Assembly: GCA_002104905.1 (NCBI GenBank)
Contig: MCFE01000669.1
Span: 1 to 47,809, forward strand
DNA from: Basidiobolus meristosporus CBS 931.73
Taxonomy: Eukaryota > Fungi > Basidiobolomycota
Length of the DNA: 47,809 nucleotides
Direction: 5' to 3'
In this document: positions 12,101 to 23,041 of the stretch, piece after piece
How positions within the stretch are numbered: the stretch's first letter is position 1
Layout: every line of letters begins with the position of its first letter
The notes under the pieces: generated by a model
What the model was told of the DNA's origin: nothing
What the model saw: only the letters and a program-made list of their open reading frames with translations
Database searches by the model: none
Program-made: the position numbers and the translations under genes

Positions 12101-13384
12101 TTGGTGCATGAATCAGATTGGCCTAGCCTATTACCAAAGTACTTGGAGGACCAAGCCATTCCTAATGAAGTGGATAAAGATATCAAGAAGATAATCTGTG
12201 ATGAAGCCAGCAAATTTGTAGTACAGGATGAAACACTTTGCCAAATTGTTGATGGAAGCCCTATTGCCTATTGCCCTTATGTTTCTTGCCTGGATTTATT
12301 ACATAAGCTACACAATGGATATAGACATCTTTGGATTGAAGGAACCTATAGCCTTGTGAAAGCCAGAGCATGGTGGCCCAGAATGAAACAAGATATTGAG
12401 AAGCTAGTGAAAACATGCCCAAGCCGCCAAATCAATCAAGGCCAGCCACAAAGAATTGCCAAACTCTTCCCTTTGGAGCCTGTAAAACCATTTGATAGAT
12501 GGGGAATTGACTTTATTGGAAGACTGCCAACTACCAGGAAATGCAACCGTTGGATCCTAGTAGCAATTGTTCATGCCACTAAATGGCCAGTTGCTAAAGC
12601 TGTACCAATAGCCAGTGAACAAGAAGTTGCAAGCTTCATTTACCATGAGATCCTGATGAAGTTTGGATGCCCTGTGGAGATCTTATCTGATAGAGGAGCA
12701 AACTTTATGGCAAAGACATTAGAGGCTTACCTGGAAATGCAGCAGATCAGACACTTGAAAACCTTGGCATATCACCCCAGAACTAATGGAGTCACTGAGC
12801 GGTTTAATGGATTATTTGGAAAAATGCTCACCAAGTATGCAAATGGAGTTGTCTGTAGATGGGATGAGTATATAGACCAAGCACTCTTTGTAGGCAGAGT
12901 TAGAGTACACAACACCACCCAGCAATCTCCATTTTACTTAGTGTATGGATGTGAACCAAGGATTCCAGGAGATCTCACACAACCCAAGCTTACCGATGCC
13001 TTAGAAGACAAACTTAGTCAGCCAAGTAGACACCGGCAACTGGAACAAAGACGTCAAGAGGCACAGACCACAGTATCTCAAAGTGCAGAAAAGATGAAGC
13101 AGAGATTTGATAAGACTATAGCACCAGAAGCATTGACAGTTGGGAACTTTGTATTGCTAAGAAATAACACTCAGAAGAAGTTTGAGCCACAATGGACAGG
13201 ACCAATCAAGATCATCAGAGAATGTCCATTTGCAACTTACCAACTGGTGGACAAACAAGGCAATATCCAGGAAGATTTAGTGCATAGGGACAGACTTAAG
13301 CTTGCAAGACTTGCTGATAATACTGAACCATCAAGATATTGGTATCACAAGAAAAGAGATTCAGGAGAACCTTCTCAACTTTAG
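12101..13384 (+). CDS. Ty3/gypsy integrase (decayed HHCC, DDE core, GPY/F-type C-terminus, no chromodomain)
   Basis: WGIDFIG, ILSDRGANF, YHPRTNGVTERFNG, PFYLVYG, WTGP...VHRDRLK, then a stop directly before the PPT. Confidence 0.92.
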   Translation: MVHESDWPSLLPKYLEDQAIPNEVDKDIKKIICDEASKFVVQDETLCQIVDGSPIAYCPYVSCLDLLHKLHNGYRHLWIEGTYSLVKARAWWPRMKQDIEKLVKTCPSRQINQGQPQRIAKLFPLEPVKPFDRWGIDFIGRLPTTRKCNRWILVAIVHATKWPVAKAVPIASEQEVASFIYHEILMKFGCPVEILSDRGANFMAKTLEAYLEMQQIRHLKTLAYHPRTNGVTERFNGLFGKMLTKYANGVVCRWDEYIDQALFVGRVRVHNTTQQSPFYLVYGCEPRIPGDLTQPKLTDALEDKLSQPSRHRQLEQRRQEAQTTVSQSAEKMKQRFDKTIAPEALTVGNFVLLRNNTQKKFEPQWTGPIKIIRECPFATYQLVDKQGNIQEDLVHRDRLKLARLADNTEPSRYWYHKKRDSGEPSQL

Positions 13385-13762
13385 TAGGGGAGAATATTAT
13401 GATCTGCTGCTTGAATGTTTAAGTTAGATCAGTTTTTAGTCAAATCAATTAGTATATGTTTAGGTTATCAGTATATTGGTATTATCTATCAAATCAGTAG
13501 CATTAGTCAGCAAATGAATCAGCAGATCCTTATCAGACAGAAATAGATATATTAAGTAGGATCTTATTGGGTGATGATGATGCAATCAATTGAGTCATCA
13601 GCCACAACCTACATTAGGAAATACAATTAGTCAGCAATTGATCTGGCAAAATGTATATAAGGAGCTGCTGGAACCTCAATAAAAATCAGTTCAAGTTTTA
13701 GTGAATACAATACTAGCTAAACTCCCTATTCCTCTACAACTCTTATACCAAGACTTGTAACA

Positions 13763-13960
13763 GCTATACCAAAAACATAAAGCCAAATATGTAGAACTCT
13801 GCTGCTACTGTATTCATTGTGTACTCATCTTGCTCAATGTGTGGAGAATATTGGTAATACAAAGTTGGGTAGGGTGAAACTAGCAACTAATTTCAATCAG
13901 GACAACCTTACCAAAGTATAACAGGTTTCTTGCATTCACAAGCCAGTCTTAACACCATTG
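13763..13960 (+). mobile_element. Family D transposase fragments
   Basis: Matches 6715-6810, then 7065-7160. Confidence 0.6.
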
Positions 13961-14619
13961 AATATGCAGTTTGCATAAACAAGTGCCAGAGTGTTCCTTT
14001 AGGAGGGACTAGAATCCAACCTGGAGAAGGAATACATTGGCCAAGTACCAAAAGGTTCTTTGCAGACATTCAAGAGGTCGTCATGACAGAAGTGGCATCA
14101 ACCAATTGTATGTTTGCAAGATGTATATGTAACCATCAACATAAGATATATGGCAACTTTGCAAATATCATACTGAAAAGTTGTTGAATTGATGTTATAG
14201 GAGCATATCAATTGCACAAGCTGTGCACACTTGTAGAGGGTGGTAAGCAGGAGGCCATAGTTCTTCTTGATTCAATCTATATCCCTATGAAAAATAACTT
14301 GGTTCTTTGGGTGGATCCAGTCTAGATCAGCTGTCAAGATCTTGTCAAGAGACTGTTCAGTACCAGGAGCTTGGAATTAATGGCCCTCTACACATTCTTA
14401 TGATAGAATCACAACAATGTTTGGCTAATTTGACTACTAAATCCAGTAAAAAACATAATGGTGTTTGGGTGTTGTTTTGCCAAGGGTGCAATGGCATTGT
14501 TGAGGTCTTAGCGCACTCCTCAACTATATAAGTGGATCTTGTAGGTCAGTACATCCAATAGTCTTATATGGCCAAAAACATGAGAGAACTTTGATGGCCT
14601 CCTTGTAAGCCTCTGATAG

Positions 14620-14900
14620 CATCATCATGGCAGTATGGCAGCCTACAGCTAGTTTTGTATAAGGTCACCATACCAATTTATCAAATAGTATTTTCTTTTT
14701 CCACCTCTCCTTGCGCAATTTATAAATTCCACTGTAGAATTGGCCCTCTTTATTTGCTTACCCACTACTACCTTGGGTATCTGGTATATAGTTCAAATCA
14801 AAAAAATATGGCTCCAGCTTACTAACCTCCACAAATGTGCACACTTGCTACAATTAACATACTTCTGTCATCTCAACTTTATGACACTTCTATGTAATAA
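14620..14900 (-). mobile_element. Inverted copy of the family D 3' segment
   Basis: The reverse complement of ~7200-7370 aligns here (ATGGCAGCCTACAGCTAG..CAAATAGTATT..TTCCACTGTAGAAT). Confidence 0.65.
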
Positions 14901-14922
14901 TTGCAAGGTTGCAATATATATT

Positions 14923-15655
14923 AGACTTGTTCCATTAGATAGTGTCATATTGAGCCATGAGTGCCAAATAATGCCATAGTGTGCCAGAGAGGCCAAATGA
15001 GCCTATACTAGGCCACAGAGTGTGAGACATAGCTCTGCATCTTCATGCAAAGCAGTCCCTGTGTTTCACCCATTGCACAGGAGAAAATCCATTTTTTGAC
15101 CTTTTTTTGTGGATCAATGTAGCTCAGGATGTGTAAGAGCACAGGAGAACTGAACATATACATCTGGTACTCAATACCCATGGGACTCTGAATCTAGCTC
15201 CTGTAGCTTGTTTCATGTCACAAAAATGAATGGCACTATCTTGGTCCACTGGTACTATCAGGAACTATATTTAAATATTAGCCCTAAGGTAAGACCTATA
15301 CAAAGCACTTATAGTGCCAGTTAGTGCCAGTGGACCAAGATGGTGTCTCTCATATCTGTGGCATGTTACAAGCCACAGGAGCTAGATTCAGAGTGCCATG
15401 GGTATTGAGTACCAGATGCATATCTTCAATCTGCTTGTGCTCTTACACATCCTGCACAACATTGATCCAAAAAAAAGGTCAAAAAATGGATTCTCTCCAG
15501 CACAATGGGTGAAACACAAGGGCTGCTTTGCATGAAGATGAAGAGCTATGTTTCACACCCTGTGGCCAGATATAGGCTCACTTGGCCTCTCTGGCACACC
15601 ATGGCATCATTTTGCACTCATGGCTCAATGTGGCACTATCCAATGGAACAAGTCT
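14923..15655. mobile_element. Foldback/MITE of family G, 733 bp, ~335-bp inverted arms around a 64-bp spacer
   Basis: Arms 14923-15257 and 15322-15655 are reverse complements with scattered transitions. Termini AGACTTGTTCCAT/ATGGAACAAGTCT. Flanked by ATT/ATT. Confidence 0.85.
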
Positions 15656-15840
15656 ATTGTGTTGCTGGTGGAATATACATCTTGCAAATATAGGCTTGGT
15701 TGTCACCACTTCTGCCATGATTACCTTGTGGGTATCTGCAAGGAACTTTTTGGTATTTACCTAATATATTCCTTCTACCTGCAGGATTCTAGTCCCTCTT
15801 ATAGGTGCACTCCAGCTCTTGTGTGTGCAAGTTCTGTACT

Positions 15841-17150
15841 ACACTTGCTCTGTTGGCTAGTGCCACATAGTGCCAGATTGATCTGGCACTCTAATTTTTA
15901 CCATAATGCCAGTAGTAGGGCACAGTTACCGGCAATTTACTCAATTGTACTTTGGTGATAAGAATAGTACTTTTCTTGCGTTTTTTACTTTACATTATGC
16001 TCCAGGCACATTACTCTCTGTGGATTTTTCCTGTTTGCATATACTGTGAATAATAAGTATATCAAATATTTGACATACTCCGCTTTTTTCTTCTTTATAT
16101 GACTTTCCTCTGTGTTTACCAGCCAGTAAGCTGAAACTCTTTAGATATTCAAATATATGCTCTACTCCACCACTGATATGACTAAATATCACATTGTAGA
16201 GCTTCTGCTTCCTGCTAAGCACACTATTCCTTGGCTTGCTATGATCTGCAATACATCCTATTCTCTGACAATCCTCTCCTATTTGAGCTAAGTCTGCCAT
16301 CTATATCTCCTCTTTACTGAATTCTGGATGATTTTTCTACACAGAGTGCTTTGTCATTCCTACTTCTAGCAAATGGCCCACTAAGGTAGATGATGTGACC
16401 CTCATTGTCAGACAGTGGCTGAAGCCTCACACAGTGTGCCTTGTATTTGCCAGAATAGAAGTGCCTCTGCTCTCCAGAAGGTTGGTTAGCCCTGACTGGG
16501 AAGGTATCCAAGATATTTCTGATTTGGAATCTGTAGCTGAACATTCTGGGATATGGAGCTGTTGTGTTTTATTATGAGTAGTTTGGGCCTGTTCTGCAAT
16601 GTAGAGACTAATAAAATATACAACAACTTTCAGTCTGCATATACTGAAATAGTTCATTGGGAGTTTGATATTCCAATAGTAGATATAACTTTCACCAATA
16701 TTCTCAATCCCAAGCTCAAGATTTACTGTGGGCAGTGTTTCTCACTTCTACAGTAGTGTTCTGACCTTCTGCCATCTATTAGGCTTATTCAATTTTATAG
16801 TGACTTTTCCTTATTTGGAAGTAACTTCCCTTTCTGAGATTATATATCCTGATATGGAGATTCTGAACTCCCCTTTGACCAAAAGGGGTGTGGTGAAGTA
16901 GTCTCTGAAGGTGTCTTTACACCTAAAGGGGTGTCTAAAGGGCAGTCATTGTAGTAAAGGGGCTTCCTATAGTGGTCTCTAAATTGGACTTTACACTAAA
17001 GAGGGGCCTGAAGGGGCAACTTTACAGTCAAAGAGCTTCTTCAAGGGGTCTCTAAAGGGGTCTTCAAGCTCAAGGGGTATCTAAAGGGGTGTCTTTTGAG
17101 TGAAGAAGCTTCTTAACTAGGACTTTTTCAACCAAAAAGTGGTAGTTTTC
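15841..17150 (-). mobile_element. IS5/PIF-Harbinger-superfamily (DDE_Tnp_4-like) transposase relic with a decayed family-G TIR at 15841
   Basis: ILDTFPVRANQP, FYSGKYKAH, SGPFA.SRND, ADL..IG, KPRN..LS.KQK.YN and VEHIF motifs. ACACTTGCTCTGTTGGCTAGTGCCACA at 15841 resembles the foldback terminus AGACTTGTTCCATTGGATAGTGCCACA. The right boundary was not found. Confidence 0.75.
16870..17105. repeat. Degenerate short repeats (CTAAAGGGG / AAGGGGT units)
   Basis: About 8 imperfect units. The minus strand reads as a KTPLETP-like low-complexity peptide upstream of the transposase core. Confidence 0.55.
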
Positions 17151-18957
17151 TTGTAGAACTTAAATTGGATTCTGGTGAGCTTTGCAGTTTCTTTACTGAT
17201 GTAGCACCAATCAAAGTCAGAATACTCAACAGTGCAAGTGATATTGGGGAAGTTTTATAATCTTTAAGCTTGTAATAGTAATATGGAGATTCTGGAAAGA
17301 GATGCTCACTTTACTTTCAGCTAAGGAAGTCATATATATGAAAATTTTGAAGGAACCAAGTTTTTTGGGCAATTGCTCTAGCAATACATGTGATACAAAG
17401 CTATCAATTTGCAGTGACACAGATTGAACATAGGTTTAGCATCTGTAGAAGTTGCAAAGATTTTATTTGCTGTTTATGCACAATCAAAGTCACCAAAGTA
17501 ATTCCAGTGCAAGGCCTATTGTAAATGGTTAATGGACTCTTTTGATCATGGCTCCTTAAGTACTGCTTCAAATGGGCTGTGACTTAAAGCATCTGTTGGC
17601 TACTGAGTGTTCTGCACAACATAATATTATTTGGTGGATTGCTTGTCACGGTGTTGAGCTTTTGTCTAAGTTGGAACTTCTTGATGTTTCATTTGTGTGT
17701 TGCAATAGCAAAAGCAAAATAAAGAAATGAGTGCAAAACGGTCTTGAGATATTGCAGTAATTGAATACTTTCCATTACCACAGAAGTCTATTGGAGCTTC
17801 TGAACCTGGTATTTCAAGCTTGTTCCAAGTCACTCATACCTGCTGCAAGGTGGTTCTCCATTGCTGTCAGCAGGGAGTGAAGGCTTCTAGGGCTATTGTA
17901 ACCATGGATAATGGGATAGATATTGTAGGGCAATAGGTCTTATAGCAGCAGGGTAGCTAAAAAATGAATATCCTTGAGTAGATTTTGGTAGATGATTCAC
18001 AGTACTTGGTATAGGCTCCTCTAATGTGTCAGCAGGAAATTCATTGTAGTGATGGGATTGATCAGAAAAGCCCATTCAGATGATTGAGTCATATCAAAAT
18101 TGGGACATGATTGAATAAAGGTGATAAGAACTGATTTGGCAAAATAGGCCTAGTATATCTGATTTTCCATGCATTGTGATTGAATTTCCATTATTTTGAC
18201 ATATGTCCCATCATTATGTTGAAAAATATATCCTCAAATGAAGACTTTGTGATTTTATTGATGATATGCACACTAGTTCATAATCAATCAGGAGATCTGC
18301 AGTTGCTATGATTTCATTTGGTAAGAGCTCCAAAGTATCAGAAACAGGGTAAGTGAATATGTTGAGGAATCCAATGGTTAGGTTCAAGAGGAGGGGTACA
18401 GACTGCAGGCAACTGCATCTAGATTGCGCAAGGATGCCTCACTAGATTTGTTACCATCCCTTGCAATGACATTGCACTGTGCACATCAGTCCAATTTAGG
18501 CTGATATCATTCCTAAGTATGCCCTGCTTTGAGTTGATGTGCATCAGATCAATGCCCATGCTTCAGAGTAAAACTACTTGAACTTGCCAAATGGCTCATT
18601 TGTATGCATGTCCATTGGGGGGGACAAGTTGTGTCAACATATAACATCACATTAAACAAAGCCAAGGGTCACAAAGTTGATGTCCCATAACTAAGAGGTA
18701 CTGATCCCATCAGGACACTGTCTAGAGACTGTTGAAAATAGTTGCACCCCAGATTTCACAAAAAATTGGTTAAAATATTTCATCACAACAATGTATGAGT
18801 GGCTATTAATTGGTTCCCTGCCAATTTGCTCACTTTCTGATCCTGTAAACTCTATTGCCACCTACATTTGTGTGCATTGATTGGCAATTGCCTCTTTTAC
18901 ACACTCCTTACTTCCTGACTCAGCTGTTTCTCTTACTTCTCATGAGTACAAACTGAT

Positions 18958-19771
18958 TTATTTCCAATGAAACTTCAGTTGTACCTCAATTGCCAATTGT
19001 GTAGATCTATACAAGTCCCTATGCCCTACACTAACATTACACCCAACCCCACACCCAACAAGTAACTCCATTAAAATCTGCCACTCAATAAGTATTTCTG
19101 CTGTAACACTCAGGTTCCACAACTTTGGCAGGAACCTAATGACTTTATGCCACTGTTCATTTACTGGTTCCCACATGTCCTGGTCTTCAACTGGCATTGC
19201 AAGGTCTAGCATCTCACCTGCCAGTCTTTGCAGTAAATCCTTGCAATATTCCAGTGCCTTTTCTTGAGCACTGCTCTTAAAGAAGTGCTGCAACCTCTTG
19301 ATGCACCTATCAATGTTCCAAAACTCCACTGAAGGCATTGCAATGGTATTTCAAGCTCTTGACATTGTAAACTTATCTGTCAGTGGAATCTCCACTCTGT
19401 CATCAATAGAGGATGTGGAGGCTGTGGTAGACAAATTGCCTTTTCAGCCAACTCATTGACCTTGCTAGTGTGTAGCTCAACTGGCTGTGCTTCCAACTCA
19501 TGTGAAAACAGCTTTTTCTTGTTGGTAATTCATCTTGGCTATGATGGGTTTCAGTCTGTTGCTGGCTTGCAACATTAATTGGCACAAGCTGCAGTTTTTT
19601 GCATGCCTCCCTGTCTCAGGCTTGGGTAGAAATTTTCCCCTTCACCTTTTCCTTTATCATTGCCAGGTCTAACACTGCTTCTTTGACTGGGTGCTTCTTG
19701 AGTAGTGCTACACTTTTTCCTTGATAAATGTTGTGCTGGCACAATTCAAGTGCATTCTGCTTGACCTTGAG
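18958..19771 (-). pseudogene. Continuation of the family D accessory-ORF region left of the Ty3 insertion
   Basis: QEL|KVKQNAL is continuous across the TGAG TSD with 26132-26950 and matches 5950-5975. The assignment of 18958-19400 is uncertain. Confidence 0.5.
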
Positions 19772-20503
19772 TGTTACAAGTCTTGATATCAGAGTTGTAG
19801 AGGAATAGGGAGTTTAGCTAATATAGTATTCACTAAAACTTGAACTGATATTTATTGAGGTTCCGGCAGCTCCTTATATACATTTTGTCAGATCATTTGC
19901 TGACTAATTGTATTTCCCAATGTAGGCTGTGGATGTTGACTCATTTAATTGCATCCTCATCCCCCAATAAGATCCTACTTGATATATCTATTTCTGTCTG
20001 ATAAGGATCTGCTGACTCATTTGCTGACAAATGCTACTGATTTGATAGATAGCACTGATATACTGATAGGCTAAACATAAAACTAATTTATTTGACTAAA
20101 AACTGATATAACTCAAACATTCAAGCAGCAGATCATAGCTCTCTCCCCTACTAAAGTAGGGAGGGCTCTCCTCAATTTCTTTTCTTATGACACCAATATC
20201 TTAATGGTTTGGTATTGTTGGCAAGTCTTGCAAGCTTGAGTCTGTCTCCATGAACTAAATCTTCCCAGATATTCCCTTGTTTGTCCACTAGTTGATAAGC
20301 AAATGGACATTCTCTGATGATCTTAAAGGTTCTGTCCATTGTGACTCAAGCTTCTTCCAAGTATTGTGTCTCAGCAATACAAAGTTCCCAACTGTCAATG
20401 ATTCTGGTGATGCAGTCTTTTCAAATCTATGCTTCACATTTCTGTGCTTTGATATACTTTGGTCTGTGCCTCTTGCCATCTTTGTTCCTGCTACTGGTGG
20501 CTA

Positions 20504-20872
20504 TGTTATGATCTACAGCTTGAATGTTTAAGTTAGATCAGTTTTTGGTTAAATCAATTAGTTTTATGTTTAGCCTATCAGTACATCAGTGTTCTCTATC
20601 AAATCAGTAGTATTAGTCAGCAGGTGTATTAGCAGATCCTTATCAGACAGAAATAGTTATATTATGTAGGATCTAATTGGGTGATGATGAAGCAATTAAA
20701 TGAGTCATCAGCCACAGCCTACATTAGGAAATACAATTAGTCAGCAAATGATCTGGCAAAATGTATATAAGGAGCTGCTGGAACCTCAATAAAAGTTGGT
20801 TTAAGTTTTAGTGAATACAATACTAGCTAAACTCCCTATTCCTCTACTACTCATATACCAAGACTTGTAACA
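20504..20872 (+). mobile_element. Solo LTR of family C inserted antisense into the integrase of a family C element
   Basis: TGTTATGATC...CTTGTAACA termini. Flanks GCTA/TCTA. The host integrase resumes on both sides. Confidence 0.9.
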
Positions 20873-21976
20873 TCTACTTGGCCAACTGAGTTCTTCTTTT
20901 AAGGTGTCTGTAGGCTTTGGTTGTGTGAGATCTCCTGAAATCCTTGGTTCACATCCATACACTAAGTAAAGTGGTGATTGCTGGGTGGTGTTGTGTACTC
21001 TAACTCTGCCTGCAAAGAGTGCTTGGTCTATATACTCATCCCATCTACTGACAGCTCCATTTGCATACTTAGCCAGTATTTCCCAAATAATCCATTAAAC
21101 TGTACAGTGACTCCATTAGCTCTGGGGTGATATGCCAAGGTATTCAAGTGTCTGAAGTGCTGCATTTCCAGGTAAGCTTCCAATGTCTTTGCCATAAAGT
21201 TTGCTCCTCTATTGGATAGAATCTCTACAGGGCATCCAAACTTCATATTGATCTCACAGTAGATAAAACTTGCAACTTCTTGCTTACTGACTACAGGTAC
21301 TGCTTTAGCCACTGGCCATTTAGTGGCATGGTCAATTGCTACTAGCATCCATGGATTGCATTTCCTGGTAGTTGGCAGTCTTGCAACAAAGTCAATTCCC
21401 CATCTTTCAATTGGTCTTGCAGGCTATAAGGGAATGAGTTCAGCAATACTCTGTGGTTGGCCTTGGTTGATATGCCAATTTGGGCATACTTACACTAGTT
21501 TCTCAACCTCTTGTTTCATTCTGAGCCACCAAGCTCTGGCTTTCACAAAACTATAGGTTCCTTCAAATCCAAGATGTCCATATCCATTGTGTAGCTTATT
21601 ATTAAATCCAGGCAAGCAATAGGCAAAAGGGCTCCCATCAGCAATTCAGCAGAGTGTTCATCCTGTACCATAGGTTAACTGGCTTCATCCTGGATTATCT
21701 TCTTGATCTCTTTGTCCACTTCATTAGGAATGGCTTGGTTCTCCATGTACTTTGGTATTAAGCTAGGCCAATTTGATTCATGCACCAAGTTGAGTTGTCC
21801 AACATGTTGTAATCTTGATAAGACATCAGCAACAGTGTTGTTTTTCCCAGGGCAGTAGACAATCTCACAATCAAATTGCTGAATGTATTCACTCCATCTT
21901 GTCATTCTTCTAGAGAGTACCTTCTGAGTAAATATATACTTGAGTGAGGCATGATCAGTCTTCACAGTGCATGCGG

Positions 21977-23041
21977 TGTAGTGGGGTGACAGTGACACCC
22001 CCTGACAGATGTGCTCATTCCCATATTTTCTACTTCCCCATATCTCTACTATGCTTATATTAGTTTTATCCTATTTGTCTTACCCAATCAGTACTATCCC
22101 ATAAGCTGGTTGACTATCACACCTGCTTACCTTATTGCATAAGTTACCCCTCACTTTATGTAAGATTACTAGCTATAAGAACTTCTATATTAGGCAAGTA
22201 ACCACGCCAGTACCCGTGACACATGATCAACCCATGTCACCATCCCTTCCATATCATTTATGGTATCCCTATGTTACACAGGTTTCAGAATACTGACTCC
22301 TGATTGGTCGGATGTGCTGTGCCTCTTGGAACCTTCCAGCACATACTTAGAGCATTCTTAGGTCATTTTGATGTCATTAGGATTTCTATTGATATCCAGA
22401 ACCTTCTGGAACACCATGATTAGTAATCACTTATCCAGTGAGAAAAGTATATAAGAGAGGCTATCCCTCAACAATAAATCCTCATCCCTTTTATCAATAT
22501 ACCAACTTGTTGATTAGTGTGATCACTGCTACCTGCTGCTACCTGAACTTTCAAACCCAGACCACATGACACTCCCAGGAAACCGCCCTGACAGCCAACT
22601 GACCTTGGAGGCACTACTTGTGAGGAATACTCAGAGTAAGTATCTTTGATTATATTTGATTCTTTCCCAAGTTTGTTCTTGTACAGGCAAAGATATGTTT
22701 CTGTCTTTGTAACTATTGACCACAGCTGCATTCTTTTCAAGTCCCTGCTGGTGGAGTTTACAGTTGTTTTGGCTTTGGAAGCTTTAGTACATTGTCATCT
22801 CAAAGGACACTAAACCCAGCACATACTCTTGTTAGGACGCCCACTAAGTTGGGGATTGTAGCTCAATAGTTTTCCCTTGACAAGCTTGTGGCTTTATTCC
22901 CCTTCACATTTGATTGGAGACAGAACCCAAGTATTCCTAGCAAGCTTTTGCCAGAGGTTATTGCACCCAGTGAATACCCCACACACAAAACGCTTGAGAA
23001 GTGTTAGACATATCTCTCCCTTGGACCTATACACCACCACA
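21977..23041 (+). mobile_element. Solo LTR, family A
   Basis: Termini as above. Flanks GCGG/GCAG. Sits in the Ty3 RNase H. Confidence 0.9.

Larger units (their letters stand above)
9096..13762 (+). mobile_element. 5'-truncated Ty3/gypsy family C element (protease linker-RT-RNaseH-integrase, PPT, 3' LTR 13395-13762) with two nested solo LTRs
   Basis: pol motifs are visible in the ORF track. PPT AGTAGGGGAGAA at 13383-13394. The LTR matches the copies at 19772, 20504 and 25762. Confidence 0.95.

Noticed and set aside
13250-13394. Chromodomain or env-like ORF after the Ty3 integrase
   Set aside because: The stop codon abuts the PPT, leaving no room for either.
13960-14620. Possible captured host gene between D fragments
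   Set aside because: CpG-depleted, many stops, no recognisable domain.
16870-17105. Repeat array considered as CRISPR-like
   Set aside because: Eukaryotic context, imperfect units, and no constant repeat/unique spacer periodicity.
22468-22740. Antisense ~90-aa ORF inside LTR-A, partly repeated in other copies
   Set aside because: Other A copies have in-frame stops, there is no recognisable motif, and the recurrence is explained by the repeat itself.
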